This document shows positions 1 through 10,549 of a DNA stretch of 31,497 nt, piece after piece. This stretch comes from Toensbergia leucococca (taxonomy: Eukaryota). The DNA is taken from the NCBI GenBank assembly GCA_022813965.1, contig JALDZS010000086.1, forward strand, positions 62,001 through 93,497, given 5' to 3'. The notes beneath the pieces were generated by a model. It made no database searches and was not told the DNA's origin. It saw only the letters and a program-made list of their open reading frames with translations. The translations under genes and the position numbers were made by a program. Within the stretch, counting starts at the first letter, position 1; each line of letters starts with the position of its first letter.

Positions 1-559
1 GGGGAAAGGGAGGATTGGGCGTATGGATTCTCAGGAGTCGAGGTATGGTGAGGGCGGCGGCCGAGAAGTTCGGTGCGATTTTGATGGGTTTGCTGTTGAG
101 GTCCAAGACGAAATCAATTTTTCTACTTTGGGATAGAGGAATGAATACCAGGGGGCTTTACACTTTCTTCGCGGTCTTTCTTAAGGCGGTCGAAAGACTC
201 GCGATAGTCCTGGATTTCGGATCGAAAATTCTTGATGCGTTCATGGGCTTTTTCTTGTTTGGTAGCGATGAGCTCCTTTTTAGCCATCTCATTGTAGTCG
301 TCTATTGTTCGTGATAGGGAAGTGAGGGATGCGGAGATTTGGCCTGAGGTTATGTTAGTGCCTTCAAAAGTAGTAAAGCGGTCGCAATTCAGAGCCGACC
401 TTGCAAAGCAGGGGACGAGGTGCCCACTTCGGCGAAGGCATCGAGGTCTCGCCGGACTGACGAAGATTGTTTGAGGGCGGAATTGAAAAGAGAATTCTAT
501 TAGACATGGTCATTGGTCAGGGACTTGGGAGGGAATGTGGAGAGAGGCTTGCAAACCAT
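1..559 (-). CDS. BOS1: ER-to-Golgi SNARE Bos1 (5' part; gene continues beyond the window start)
   Basis: ATG at 559 is directly followed by an intron (GTTTGC...CTAATAG). Spliced translation: M-NSLFNSALKQSSSVRRDLDAFAEVGTSSPALQ-GQISASLTSLSRTIDDYNEMAKKELIATKQEKAHERIKNFRSEIQDYRESFDRLKKDREES-...QNRTELLGRRPHHTSTPENPYAQ. This matches the N-terminus of Pezizomycotina Bos1 as I recall it. Confidence 0.88.
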
Positions 560-1334
560 GGTAGAGATTAAAGGAATAAAGATTGATTGATTGAAACGAC
601 AGGCTGCATCCACTGGTGCACAGATAAATTAAGTTGGTGACGACGGGCTTTCAGATGTTCCATACGTGGCTACTCGTACCACCCACGCCTTTCTTACTCC
701 AGTAGAATAGCCGGCTCGAGCTTCGTTCGGACCCTCGGACCATGCACGACATAAATGTAGAACAATGGCCGATGACCGACACTCCCGATGGCTTGAAAGC
801 TTCTTGATCGAGGGTCACGTTGCGAAACTCTATCCATTGTCCAAGTAATCGGCACAGCTTTTGACCTCTGGCCGAAAGAATGTTCTTTTGCCAGATCAAG
901 CTTCTACATGTTGATGACGATGTTGCCTGGTTCAATGAGCTTGCCTTGCTTGAGTACAAGCAGGTACTTGCTATAAAGTGCTTTGTTGGCCGCCTCTGTG
1001 GACGAAAAGTAATGGCAATATTTTGTTGCTAATATTCATTCTCACGTCCACAATTATCCTCTTTCGTTCTCATGAAGCATTTCGTACTGAGGTACATATT
1101 TCACATTCCCTGTTATCCTTTACCTTCTGCCATCCGCACTTTTTTCTTCTTTGACGACGAAGGGTCTCATCTATCTTCAAAGTGACCGTCAAGCTCCCTT
1201 TAATGCTTTCCAACTACGGATACTCCATCATAAAACTCTGTCCTTGATACACTCACCTCTCGCCACTTGGGGTGGTACTTCTGGTGTATCTGTGGAAATT
1301 CCCAGTCTCCACCGACCTCTACTACTTCGTCACG

Positions 1335-1709
1335 ATGCACCCATCCATGACAACGAGCTACCTCCTCCCCGCCATATTCTTCAATCCGGTCCTCTTTCTC
1401 CATACCCTCAACACAATTCTATCACGTATACTACCACCCATTGTCGCCCCTAGCGGCATACAACCGCCTCCTTACTCGGATCTTGGCCCTTCAGCGCAGC
1501 ACCCGCACATCGACGTCCACGCTTCAGAGAACCTATGCTGGATTTACACTGCGCTGATGGTATGCATGCAAATCGTGGTCTTCGGAAAAGTCGTTAGGTG
1601 TAGAGAGGAGAGAAGGGAGAAGAACAGAAAGGAAAAATTTGGGCTAGCGAAAATAAAGGCAGGCCCCGATAGAAACGGGAAACGAGCACATGAAGGGAAA
1701 GCTTCTTGA
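1335..1709 (+). CDS. Small hypothetical membrane protein (about 124 aa)
   Basis: ATG 1335 within ORF 1272-1709. Two hydrophobic segments (YLLPAIFFNPVLFLHTL; LCWIYTALMVCMQIVVFG) followed by a basic tail. The start codon is uncertain. Confidence 0.6.
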   Translation: MHPSMTTSYLLPAIFFNPVLFLHTLNTILSRILPPIVAPSGIQPPPYSDLGPSAQHPHIDVHASENLCWIYTALMVCMQIVVFGKVVRCREERREKNRKEKFGLAKIKAGPDRNGKRAHEGKAS

Positions 1710-2505
1710 GTGCTCATGGAATATACAACGGTAATGCTGCAAGATCGGCAACGCCTGGATTCAAGCACCAAGGCTCGAAATATACCGTGGAGGGGCCAAT
1801 CCTCGAGCCATTATCCTCGGGTTCTACGGTCGGATAGCATCGAGGGACTTGAAGATAAGAGGACCAAACGGTGCAGATATAGGGGAGGGTATGGATTTTG
1901 CTCTCTACTTTTCCAAGCCTCTTATGCAAGCAGCTTACAAGATTAGCCGAATTTGCGGTGCCATAAGGTAGCATTGAATACGGGCGAGATATTGTGTGGC
2001 ACTTATGAAGCCTTCAACAGCACTCTTAGGCCTTGAGGTCAGTCAAAGCTCTACATAAATTATTTCGAGAGTCTTTCTTATTTAATGAATTCTGTGAATG
2101 GGTTTCATGCTTTGACAAGGTCCTACTTCGTGTGCTAAGAATAAGGGAATCATCGGTGGCAAATTTCCAGCCTGTCATGGTTAACAACATTGGTCTCAAT
2201 TGTAACCTGACATGATTACTTTCTGTACAATCTGACACGATTACTTTCTCCATTCTCGTATTCTTACCGCTCCAGCCTTAAGATTGAGAATATATATTGA
2301 ACGACTTACACCATGCAAAGTCCCTCCTCTGCCACTGCACATATATTTGGTTTGGTCGGTGAGCACCCATACCATGCGATGGTATTGAATAAACCAAAAC
2401 TCACCTCATAACAATAATTGTCCCTCGTGCTCGACATCCGATTCCGTCTCCTCTCATTACAGACACCCAACGTAGCGCCTTGCGAGTCAACTCATAACCA
2501 CCACC

Positions 2506-2882
2506 ATGAAACGCAACATTCTCCTCTTATCCCTCTTCCCATCCTGCATTCTCGCAGCGGATTGCGGCGGCTGTGGCAACAACCGGGACCCGCGCTCCTG
2601 CTCCGACGTCCACAACGTCCTCGAAACTCTCTGCGCCGGCAACTGCGCTGCAGGCGGTGACTACACCTACACCATCACCGGCGAATACGGCGACCAGGCG
2701 CAATACACCATGCAGCCTAACACATGCCCCACCAACTGCCGCTCTGCCGTCAATGATATTGTTGATCAGTGTTTGATTAAAGGATGTAAGACTGGGACGT
2801 GGTCGTATGGGGCGAGTGGTATTGGGTCTATGCTGCTTTGTCGAATGGACAGACTGGCGACGGACACGATTGCGGTATTTGA
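2506..2882 (+). CDS. Small secreted cysteine-rich protein (effector-like), with an apparent 1-nt frameshift at 2809-2812
   Basis: Signal peptide MKRNILLLSLFPSCILA, good start context (CACCATG), nine Cys in the mature part before 2809. Adding one G to the GGGG run gives ...GTWSYGGEWYWVYAALSNGQTGDGHDCGI* ending at 2882. As sequenced, the ORF ends at 2913. Confidence 0.75.
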
Positions 2883-4354
2883 AACCCTGGTGATGCTGCT
2901 CCTTTCGACGTGAGGTTTGCGAGATTCAACTCTCGAGGGGAGCTGTTCTGGTGGGTGGAAGATGTTGAAAGAAGACCAAAGTAACATTTCTTTGAAAGCG
3001 ATCACGGGAGTCTCAAATCGAATGCTCACATTTTTTTTAGATCAGCTAGTTTTGTGAAGTCCTTGTGATGACACAAAATTGGTCTCGGAAGCTTCCCCTA
3101 TAATTCAATAAAACCCATGTCCTGCAGAACTGGTTTCAAAGTGGTGCACCTCCACTCATAGGATATGACATAAATTCAGGCTCAGACGGAAAGTGATTGT
3201 AATTGGAGTTCAGAGACTAGATTGAGAGAGATCTTGTCTTATTATCTTTAAGAGGGTAAGAGGGCGAGATTTGCATTTTTACGAGCTCTCTACTTATGCT
3301 GATTCGAGCACATTTCTTTTCAACTCTCGGCGCTGCTTGTATTACGGATGCTCGATCCTTGATATTATTAAAAAACCGACATGGCTTTTTTCCCAACGCT
3401 TGTCTGTGATGAAGAAGGTTGTGTAGAGATGGGAGGAGCTGTCAGGATCCCTTGCTTTTAGTCTTTGTGTTCGCGTTTTCTGGTATCTGTATCCAGGTTT
3501 TCCGTAGTCTATTTCATATCTGCGTCGTCTCGGATTTGCATTGATCTGTGCTTCTAGTTTCGTATCCTTTGAATTACATACTTTGGGGCCATCTTCTCCG
3601 AGCCATGTCCTTGAGATCTTAGGGCGTCCCCATCAATCTTCCTCCCTTTCCTTTCCCCTCTCCGCTCTCCCCTTCTCTCCCAATCCCGAGGGTGAGAGGG
3701 AGGGAAGGATGAGTGTGTTTTTGTGAATGCTCTTGGAGAGGGGGGGAAGAACATGGTGGGAGGGTGTGGTGCTTACTTCTGAGCTGAGAGTGTAAGAGTT
3801 GGTGAGATTGTTATGAGAAAGTTTCAAGCTTTAATTAATTGAGAGAAGAGGGCGTTGTGCGATGCGCATCTTTAACGCACAAAGCGCGCCCTTACCCTTG
3901 ACTATCTCAGCAGTCTTTAGAAGAGGAACGAATGTGTAGATGTTTCTCTTGACGCTGTTATGCTAGGAGGGCGGGTGTCAAAACATTCGTATAGATTCTT
4001 TTTTTCTCTGCAGTATCTCCCAATAAACACCCAAATAAAGAAAAACTCTGTGCACAGTGTCTCACTTCCACCCTGCGCAATCACAGCATCTCACCATCTG
4101 CAGGTCTCCTTCAACACAAAAAACAAAAGGCGTGATACAGCAATCCTTTATTAACAACGGGAATCACACTTACAACAATCAAGCTTATGCGCTGCGAGGA
4201 GTTGTGTCATTGTGTTGAGAAGTAATCTAATAACTTGTGTATGTCAAGGGTAGCTCTTCAGTCTAAGTAGTCCAACAAGTCTAAAGCTGTAGAGGTGAGG
4301 TATTCAGGGCTTCAGGCGTCGTCGTTTAATGCCGTTGAATCGTGATTTCCTGAA

Positions 4355-4362
4355 TGACGTCA
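4355..4362. promoter_or_regulatory. Perfect CRE/ATF palindrome TGACGTCA about 245 bp upstream of the OM14-like gene
   Basis: Exact bZIP (Atf1/AtfA-type) consensus; function untested. Confidence 0.3.
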
Positions 4363-4603
4363 ATGAGGCTTGAGCTGCGCACCAGCCACACGCTAACAAT
4401 TCAAGGTTCACATGTTCAACGGCATCTTGATCTTGTAGTCCACGCGCTCAACATCATTCAGTCTTCGCTTTTGTATTCAACGGCAGCCTGCGTGTATTCT
4501 CTATCCAAAACGAAGACGTTGAATTATAACGCTTGAATTGAAAGAACACGAGGAGAAATAGGCAGGCACTTGCAGCTTCATCAACCCCATTTTCTATTCA
4601 AAG

Positions 4604-5558
4604 ATGTCGTATGCTCAAGCCGCAGCTCGCGGTCCAAAGCAGTCACCAGAAGAGGTATGTTGTCTTTTTACCCCTCACGACAAATAAACGAACCGTATAC
4701 TGTATGCTCCGCTAATTCATGCTAAGGCGTAAGTCAATCCATCTGTGTACATCCGAATGCGAAGCACGCTCACCAGATAAACCTTCTTATCACTATGGCA
4801 AACACATATGACCAAGAGGCTACGCAAGTGTCTCTGTCTGCTCATGCTCCCCCTTTCAACTCACCAACTATTGTCGAGGATCATTTACTGAAGGATTGGT
4901 CCGTCGTTGACAACCCCTACAGTCGCGCCCCACCCCCAACCGAACTCGAGCACTCGGAATCTTCAGCTTCATCCATGGTAGATGTTGACTCGCCGCATAT
5001 CTCCTCCGTTGCATCTGACTACGTAAGTCATATCTGCCACCTACAGACCATGACTAACCCTAATATCAAAGACCGTTGGCGGCGACGAAACAACCCGCAA
5101 AGCAGACGAATTCGAAGAAGAAATCTCGCATCAAGCCGAAGAGACAAAGCGTACCGCCAAGCAGAAATTCGACGAAGTCTCCAAGGACGCCTCCAAGAAC
5201 TTCGACAAGGCCAAGAAAGCTACCTCCAAGAAATCGGGCCAGGCAAAGGAGAAGGCATCGAGAGCAGGGGATGAATTGCGCGACAACAAAGATAATCCAG
5301 TCATCATCGGCAATGCAGTTGTCATCTGTGCTGGAAGTGCCATCTTAGGCTATCAAGCCTTCCAGAAATACTCTGCTGGGGAATTAAATTGGAAGATCGT
5401 CGCTGCATGGACTGGTGCTGTGGGCCTTTTCGCTGCGGGGGATTATTACCTGAGCCAGTATGTTTGGATTACTTGGTAGATTGCTGACATATTTTCGCCT
5501 GTTTACTGACGTGATATGGTACAGGTACCTCTTCAAGAACAAATATCCCAAGAAATAG
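4604..5558 (+). CDS. Mitochondrial outer membrane protein OM14-like
   Basis: Exons 4604-4654, 4727-4728 (2-nt microexon), 4923-5022, 5072-5457, 5525-5558. Protein: MSYAQAAARGPKQSPEEARAPPPTELEH...DNKDNPVIIGNAVVICAGSAILGYQAFQKYSAGELNWKIVAAWTGAVGLFAAGDYYLSQYLFKNKYPKK*. The NPV-x-x-x-N motif followed by two hydrophobic segments resembles the OM14 C-terminal domain. Confidence 0.8.
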
Positions 5559-6407
5559 ATACGGTCACTCTGGGGAAGAATCGGTTATCAAGTGTGAGAG
5601 GCGGCTTTCTGTGTGGTTTTCTCTTTTTCAAGTCCGCATGTAACTCTGATCCGGCATTTTTCTCTGCTCCCATTCGGGTCTTTCTACTCTATCGGGCTCT
5701 CTTTTTCTAGCGCATCAGATAGTATTGCGCGGAATCATACCCTCTTCAGAATTACTCGCTCACTGTGCTCTTAATATCTCCCTCTGCTGCGCACGTGATA
5801 GCTCCCCCTCACCTCGCAGCAGATCATTCCTCCCCACAAATAAAAAAGAAAGAATCTCACCGCTCGCCTAAAGCTTCCCACCCATCACCCCCCCCCGGGT
5901 TCTTCGATTCCAACTTTCTTTCCGGGGCCAAGCTGAGTATAGGACAAGTTATATGAGCTACACACCACGATCAACCAAATGCAACCCCCTCGATAGAAGT
6001 TCCATACTATCCTATCTCTTTCTATTACATCTCTCCTTCTCTCTCTCTCCCTATACGCCCACCACACACACACACACCCGATCCACCCCATGCTTCAAAT
6101 CAAATCCGCTATATCTATACAATCCAACCTCCCCTTCCATCCACCCAAGCCTCCCTTTTCCCTAGCCGTCCTAAACTAATCTAGCACCGCCTGTTCCTAA
6201 TCCACACCAACCCAAGCCCCTCCCCCTGGCATAAATCCTCAATCCCCCTCTTCAAACCCCCCCCCCCCCCCAAAAAAAAAACAAGCACCTAAACCCCCCA
6301 AAGAGTAAAAACCAGAAAGAAAACCCAGATTGTTAGCGCGAATCTCGCTCCTTTCGCAAGTACAGACAAGGGATGAGCTATTTGTTTCTATTGCATCTCG
6401 GGATTTG

Positions 6408-6535
6408 GGAGGTTGAGGTTGGAGGTTCGCGTCGGAGGTTAGCGTTGGAGGTTTGATTGGAGATGCGTTGGAGGTTTGCGTTGGGGGTTTGGTTGGAGGT
6501 TTGATTGGAGGTTTGAATGGAAGTTTGGTTGGGGC
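6408..6535 (+). repeat. Degenerate about 12-bp minisatellite (consensus about TTGGAGGTTTGR), roughly 10 copies
   Basis: ggaggttagcgttggaggtttgattggagatgcgttggaggtttgcgttgggggtttggttggaggtttgattggaggtttgaatggaagtttggtt. Confidence 0.8.
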
Positions 6536-6995
6536 CTGTTTTTGGAGGAGGAAGGGGGGGGGATTTGCTATGGGATTGATGCCCCTTTTTTTGTTGGAGC
6601 GAGGGGGGGTAGGTTTTGGGAAAGGGGAAGGGGAGGTGGTTTTGGGGTTGTTTTGGGGTGAATTTAGGTTTGTGCGGGGATGAGGGGAGGAGGAGGGAGA
6701 GTAGGGTTGCTGAGGGAGAAGGAGGGGGAGGGATGGGGTCGAATTGATGATGTGATTGCAGTGGAGAACGCGAGTGGCTGAGTCGCTTCTTTTTGATATT
6801 TCCTGATGACTTGAGAAAAACTGGAAGAGGCCACGAATGCCACGGCAATTTGACTCAGCCTAGAGCTCAAGTATGCATCAGAAAAAACGAACAAAAATCA
6901 AAGGGCCCTCCAAGCAACCTCAAATGCAACTATGTACATGCTGTCCCGCCTTTTCCTCCACCACAAGTGCTCGAAAAAAAACTGATCAAAAAGAA

Positions 6996-8411
6996 TCAGA
7001 GTTGCTCATTAACAAACAAGCCCGCCATCCCCTGCCCAGTCCCAATACACATACTAGTCAACAAAATTCTCTTTTTCTGCCGCCGACACTCACTCAAGCC
7101 CGTACAAATCTGCCTCGCACCCGTCGCCCCCAATGGATGCCCCAGCGCAATAGCCCCGCCCCTAACATTCATCTTAGCGGGATCGATGCCTAAGACACGC
7201 GTACAGTAGACGGCCATGGAGGCAAAGGCTTCGTTGAGCTCGATGATGTCGATGTCGGTGCTGAGGTTGAGGTTGAATTTGGTAAGGAGTTTGGGGATGA
7301 CGATTGAGGGGCCGATACCCATTATGCGGGGGGCGACGCCGGCAACGGTGGCGCCGCAGAATTTGGCAAGAATGGGTTGGTTCATAGCGAGGGCTTTGGA
7401 GCGTTTCATAAGGAGGATTGCGGCAGCTGGGGGGAAAGAGAATTAGTGGGTCGGGAGGGTCAAGGGGCGTGGTATGTAGATTTGCTTACCTCCGTCGGTG
7501 ACTTGGCTGGAGTTTCCGCCAGTGCTCCTGTCGCCGAAGTCAGGGAATGCGGGACGGATTTTACTGAGACTCTCAAATGTGGTGCCGTATCTTGGTCCCT
7601 CGTCCTTGGTAAGAGTGACCTCCTTTTCTTCGCCGGTCTTGGGGTCTTTAATGATGGTTTTGATAGGTACAATCTCATCATCGAACCAGCCCGCTTTCTG
7701 TGCTTTTTCGGCGCGCTGATATGACTTTGCTGCGAACTTATCTTGCAGCTCTCTTGATATTTCGAAATCTTTCCCGACATTCTCCGATGTTTGGCCCATA
7801 GGTTGCGTGCAGTCGGCTGCTTCTTGGACCTTGAGAACGTCGTCGCAAAATGGTTTGTTAAGGCGATCGCCACCAGCTGTCATTGACTCGGCGCCGATGG
7901 CTATTCCACATTCAATACTGCCCACAATGATCTGATTGGCGATGTCCTGGACAGCCTTGAGACCTGATGAGCAGAAGCGGTTGACCGTGGAGCCACCGGC
8001 GGTATTTGGGATGCCAGCGGCCAAGGATGCGGCGCGGACAATATAGGCTGCCTTTGAATCGCTGACCTTTTAAAACGTCAGTATAGTCTCAAGATAGACG
8101 CGGGCTGTACCAACGTTTCCGAGGCAGACATCTTCTACCACCTGAGGATCAATCCTGGATTTTTCAATGACCTTCTTTAGCAGGGAATAGACAACAAAAT
8201 CGAGTGAAGTGTCTTTGAAGCCTCCTTTAAAAGCTTTGGTCAAGGGCGTCCGTAAGGCGAGGGTTATCACAATATCGTCAGGATTCTTTTGAGTGCTGTA
8301 ATTGTTAGCATGTGAAAGCAAATACTAGGATTCGGTAGCATACATGGCGGCCAAACCAGTCTTGGTAGGCGAGAGGTGATTTAGTATGGAGTTGAGTCTT
8401 TCGGAAGCCAT
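6996..8411 (-). CDS. POT1: Peroxisomal 3-ketoacyl-CoA thiolase
   Basis: Exons 8411-8344, 8295-8115, 8066-7490, 7426-6996. N-terminal PTS2 RLNSILNHL. Thiolase motifs NRFCSSGL (nucleophile Cys), ELNEAFAS, GGAIALGHPLGATG and MCIGTGQG. Confidence 0.95.
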
Positions 8412-8540
8412 GATTCAGAGTGGACAGAGAAGGAGGTGAGGAGAAGCGGTGTACGAGGGCGAAGTTGAGGGTATCACATGTATTTATTCCGGGCGGGAGG
8501 TGGGAAGGTATGATGAAATGCGGAGTGAGCGAGTGTGGGG

Positions 8541-8566
8541 ATTGGCCGAGGTCAGACGAGCCGAGG
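8541..8566. promoter_or_regulatory. Two CCTCGG/CCGAGG FarA/FarB-type fatty-acid response elements plus an adjacent CCAAT box in the POT1 promoter
   Basis: CCGAGG at 8546-8551 and 8561-8566, ATTGG at 8541-8545, 130-155 bp upstream of the thiolase ATG. CCTCGG is the established FarA/FarB site upstream of beta-oxidation genes in Aspergillus. Confidence 0.65.
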
Positions 8567-9383
8567 CTTTTGGAGATGAGAAATCCATCTCGTAGAATAT
8601 AATAGGTAGGATGCTAACAATTCACTTTCCGCTTCTCAGTCGTTTTCTGCACGAGGGAAGAGACATTTGAATGAATCACTTCAAGTTTATTGAATGACAG
8701 AGTGTTTCCTCTTATCTGCTCCATTCCGGAAAAGATCCGTATTGATAAATACATCTGTTGATCTAATGTCCTACTCAGCAGCTTACGGCAGCGGACCTTA
8801 CTTTTGACACTGCGAAGCAGTATACGGTTCATTCGGAAATCGTCTTTTTACCTAATTCAATCCTGTTTTCCACTTCGGATCGGTTTTGTCAACAAAAAGA
8901 GACATGATACTGCCTTGCCTATCATAGTTGTCAATGCTCTCTTTTGTCAGACCTTCCTTAGCACTCATCGGGGAACTCCTCCCATTACCGTCTCCTTTGA
9001 AACATTTGGCACGACTTCTTATTTGGTACCATTCTCCATTTCCTCCCCGACGTCATTTTCGATCACTATCTCCATCAAAGGATCTCGGCCGCCGTAAATG
9101 CTCTTCACGGACGATAGATCTTGTGGTCACTCTCCACCGAGGAGTGGTTAGTTGACTTATTTGTACAAGACGATTACTAAATCTCGAGAATTTTTTAATC
9201 AGCCAGGCAGCGGTGCAACACGGGTCACATCTGGAAGAGAAATCCTGTTCATGCTTGCAAAGTTGTTTCAAATAAGATCTGGGTACCGGTGTCTCAAGCT
9301 CTCTACCAAGTGTCTTGTGCTTGTGCTTGTGTTCCTAAAAATGTTTTCTGCTGCTCAAGACCCACGATTCTTTACGAAATCCT

Positions 9384-10311
9384 TCAATTTCTTGCAATTT
9401 CGACTGTGAACAGAACTCTTTCGGTCGTTTCGACCTCGACGGTACTGCTTCTGATATGATTGCTTGTACTGACCTGCCCCCCAAATTCTGTACACCAATC
9501 TGAGACGTCCCATTCAAGACCGTGAGTCGTTATCACCGACGGCCTAGCTATGGGAATTATGCCAATGTTTTCACCTAGAAGATCAGGTCCTACTGGGGAA
9601 ATGATTTTGTTCGGACCTTTATGCAGCAAGAAAATGATGCTCTCTGGGGTAACGAGATACAATTTGCCGTGCAACAGAGAAGAATCTTCACTCTCTGTGT
9701 AGAGGTGGTGGAGGAGAGAAAAAGCTTGATCAGCTCTACCACCGAGACCTCCAACGATTACCACGTCAAGGTCATGATGGCTTTGTAGTGATGAAGACTC
9801 GATATTCCCCGAATAGCTTTTCAATGGCTGACATATCCGGTCATGAATAGACTTCATACATTTGGCAAGGTCTGTTGAATACTGATCTGGATCCTTGATG
9901 ATTTGAGATCCTTCTTTTCGATAATATTGCTCCACTTCGGGAAGGAGAGAGTCCAAATCACCGCAAATGATATCGGGATGCTCCACAGAAATGAGTGAAA
10001 TTGAGCAAACGAAATACAAAAAGAGAGGAGAAACATACACATTGCTCCTTGGCAATTCCTTCAAGACACAATTCTTTTAGTCGATTTGCTCCGCCGTCGG
10101 CACATGCTCTAAAGATGGCTGGACGAAAGATCAATAAGTAGACGCGCAATAGCCTGTGTAATCATGCAATACCTCCACGACACAAATTAATCAGGAGATG
10201 CTTGTTCTCCAAGGGCTGATTGAGAATAATAACGGCATAAGGGGGCTGAGAACGTTCATCAGAAAGGAAACGTGCTGGTTCCCATGACACAGCACTTTGA
10301 GTTGAATCCAT
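9384..10311 (-). CDS. THI80: Thiamine pyrophosphokinase
   Basis: Three exons. Motifs IILNQP, CADGGANRL, PDIICGDLDS, DQYSTDL, GGLGGRADQ and THGLEWDV...FGGQVSTSNH. Intron 2 is 10038-9981. Confidence 0.93.
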
Positions 10312-10549
10312 TTTCTATCATCAAATGTTTGTAGAACACTGTGAATACATAGTAATTAAAATGTTGTATGACTGCTCCAACAATGCTTGAATACAGGCAC
10401 CAGAGCAAGTTGTCGTCGACGTCATGGCCAGAAGCTCGTCGCCAATAATTTCATCGCTGACAAACATTCAAAGAAATCCCATAAACATTACTCCATCAGT
10501 TTCACGAATTCTGTCCTAGCTCCCGGAGATTCTCCCATCATCTAACATC
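10312..10549. promoter_or_regulatory. Compact divergent (probably bidirectional) promoter between THI80 and MIA40
   Basis: Only 238 bp between the two ATGs. Contains a CCAAT at about 10442 and an ACGTCA CRE-like site at about 10419. Confidence 0.55.

Noticed and set aside
15..314. 99-aa + strand ORF
   Set aside because: Antisense shadow of BOS1 exons.
651..959. 102-aa minus-strand ORF upstream of BOS1
   Set aside because: Non-ATG start, no motif, lies in the promoter region.
4795..5274. 159-aa ORF as the gene model
   Set aside because: Runs through introns 2 and 3 of the OM14-like gene and changes frame; the spliced model fits the family motifs.
6378..6848. Pro-rich ORF with QTSN repeats
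   Set aside because: Product of low-complexity sequence and the minisatellite; non-ATG start.
9384..10549. TPP riboswitch associated with THI80
   Set aside because: No CTGAGA...TGAT-x-GG-x-TAAT-x-CC-x-GCG aptamer core in the introns or 5' region.
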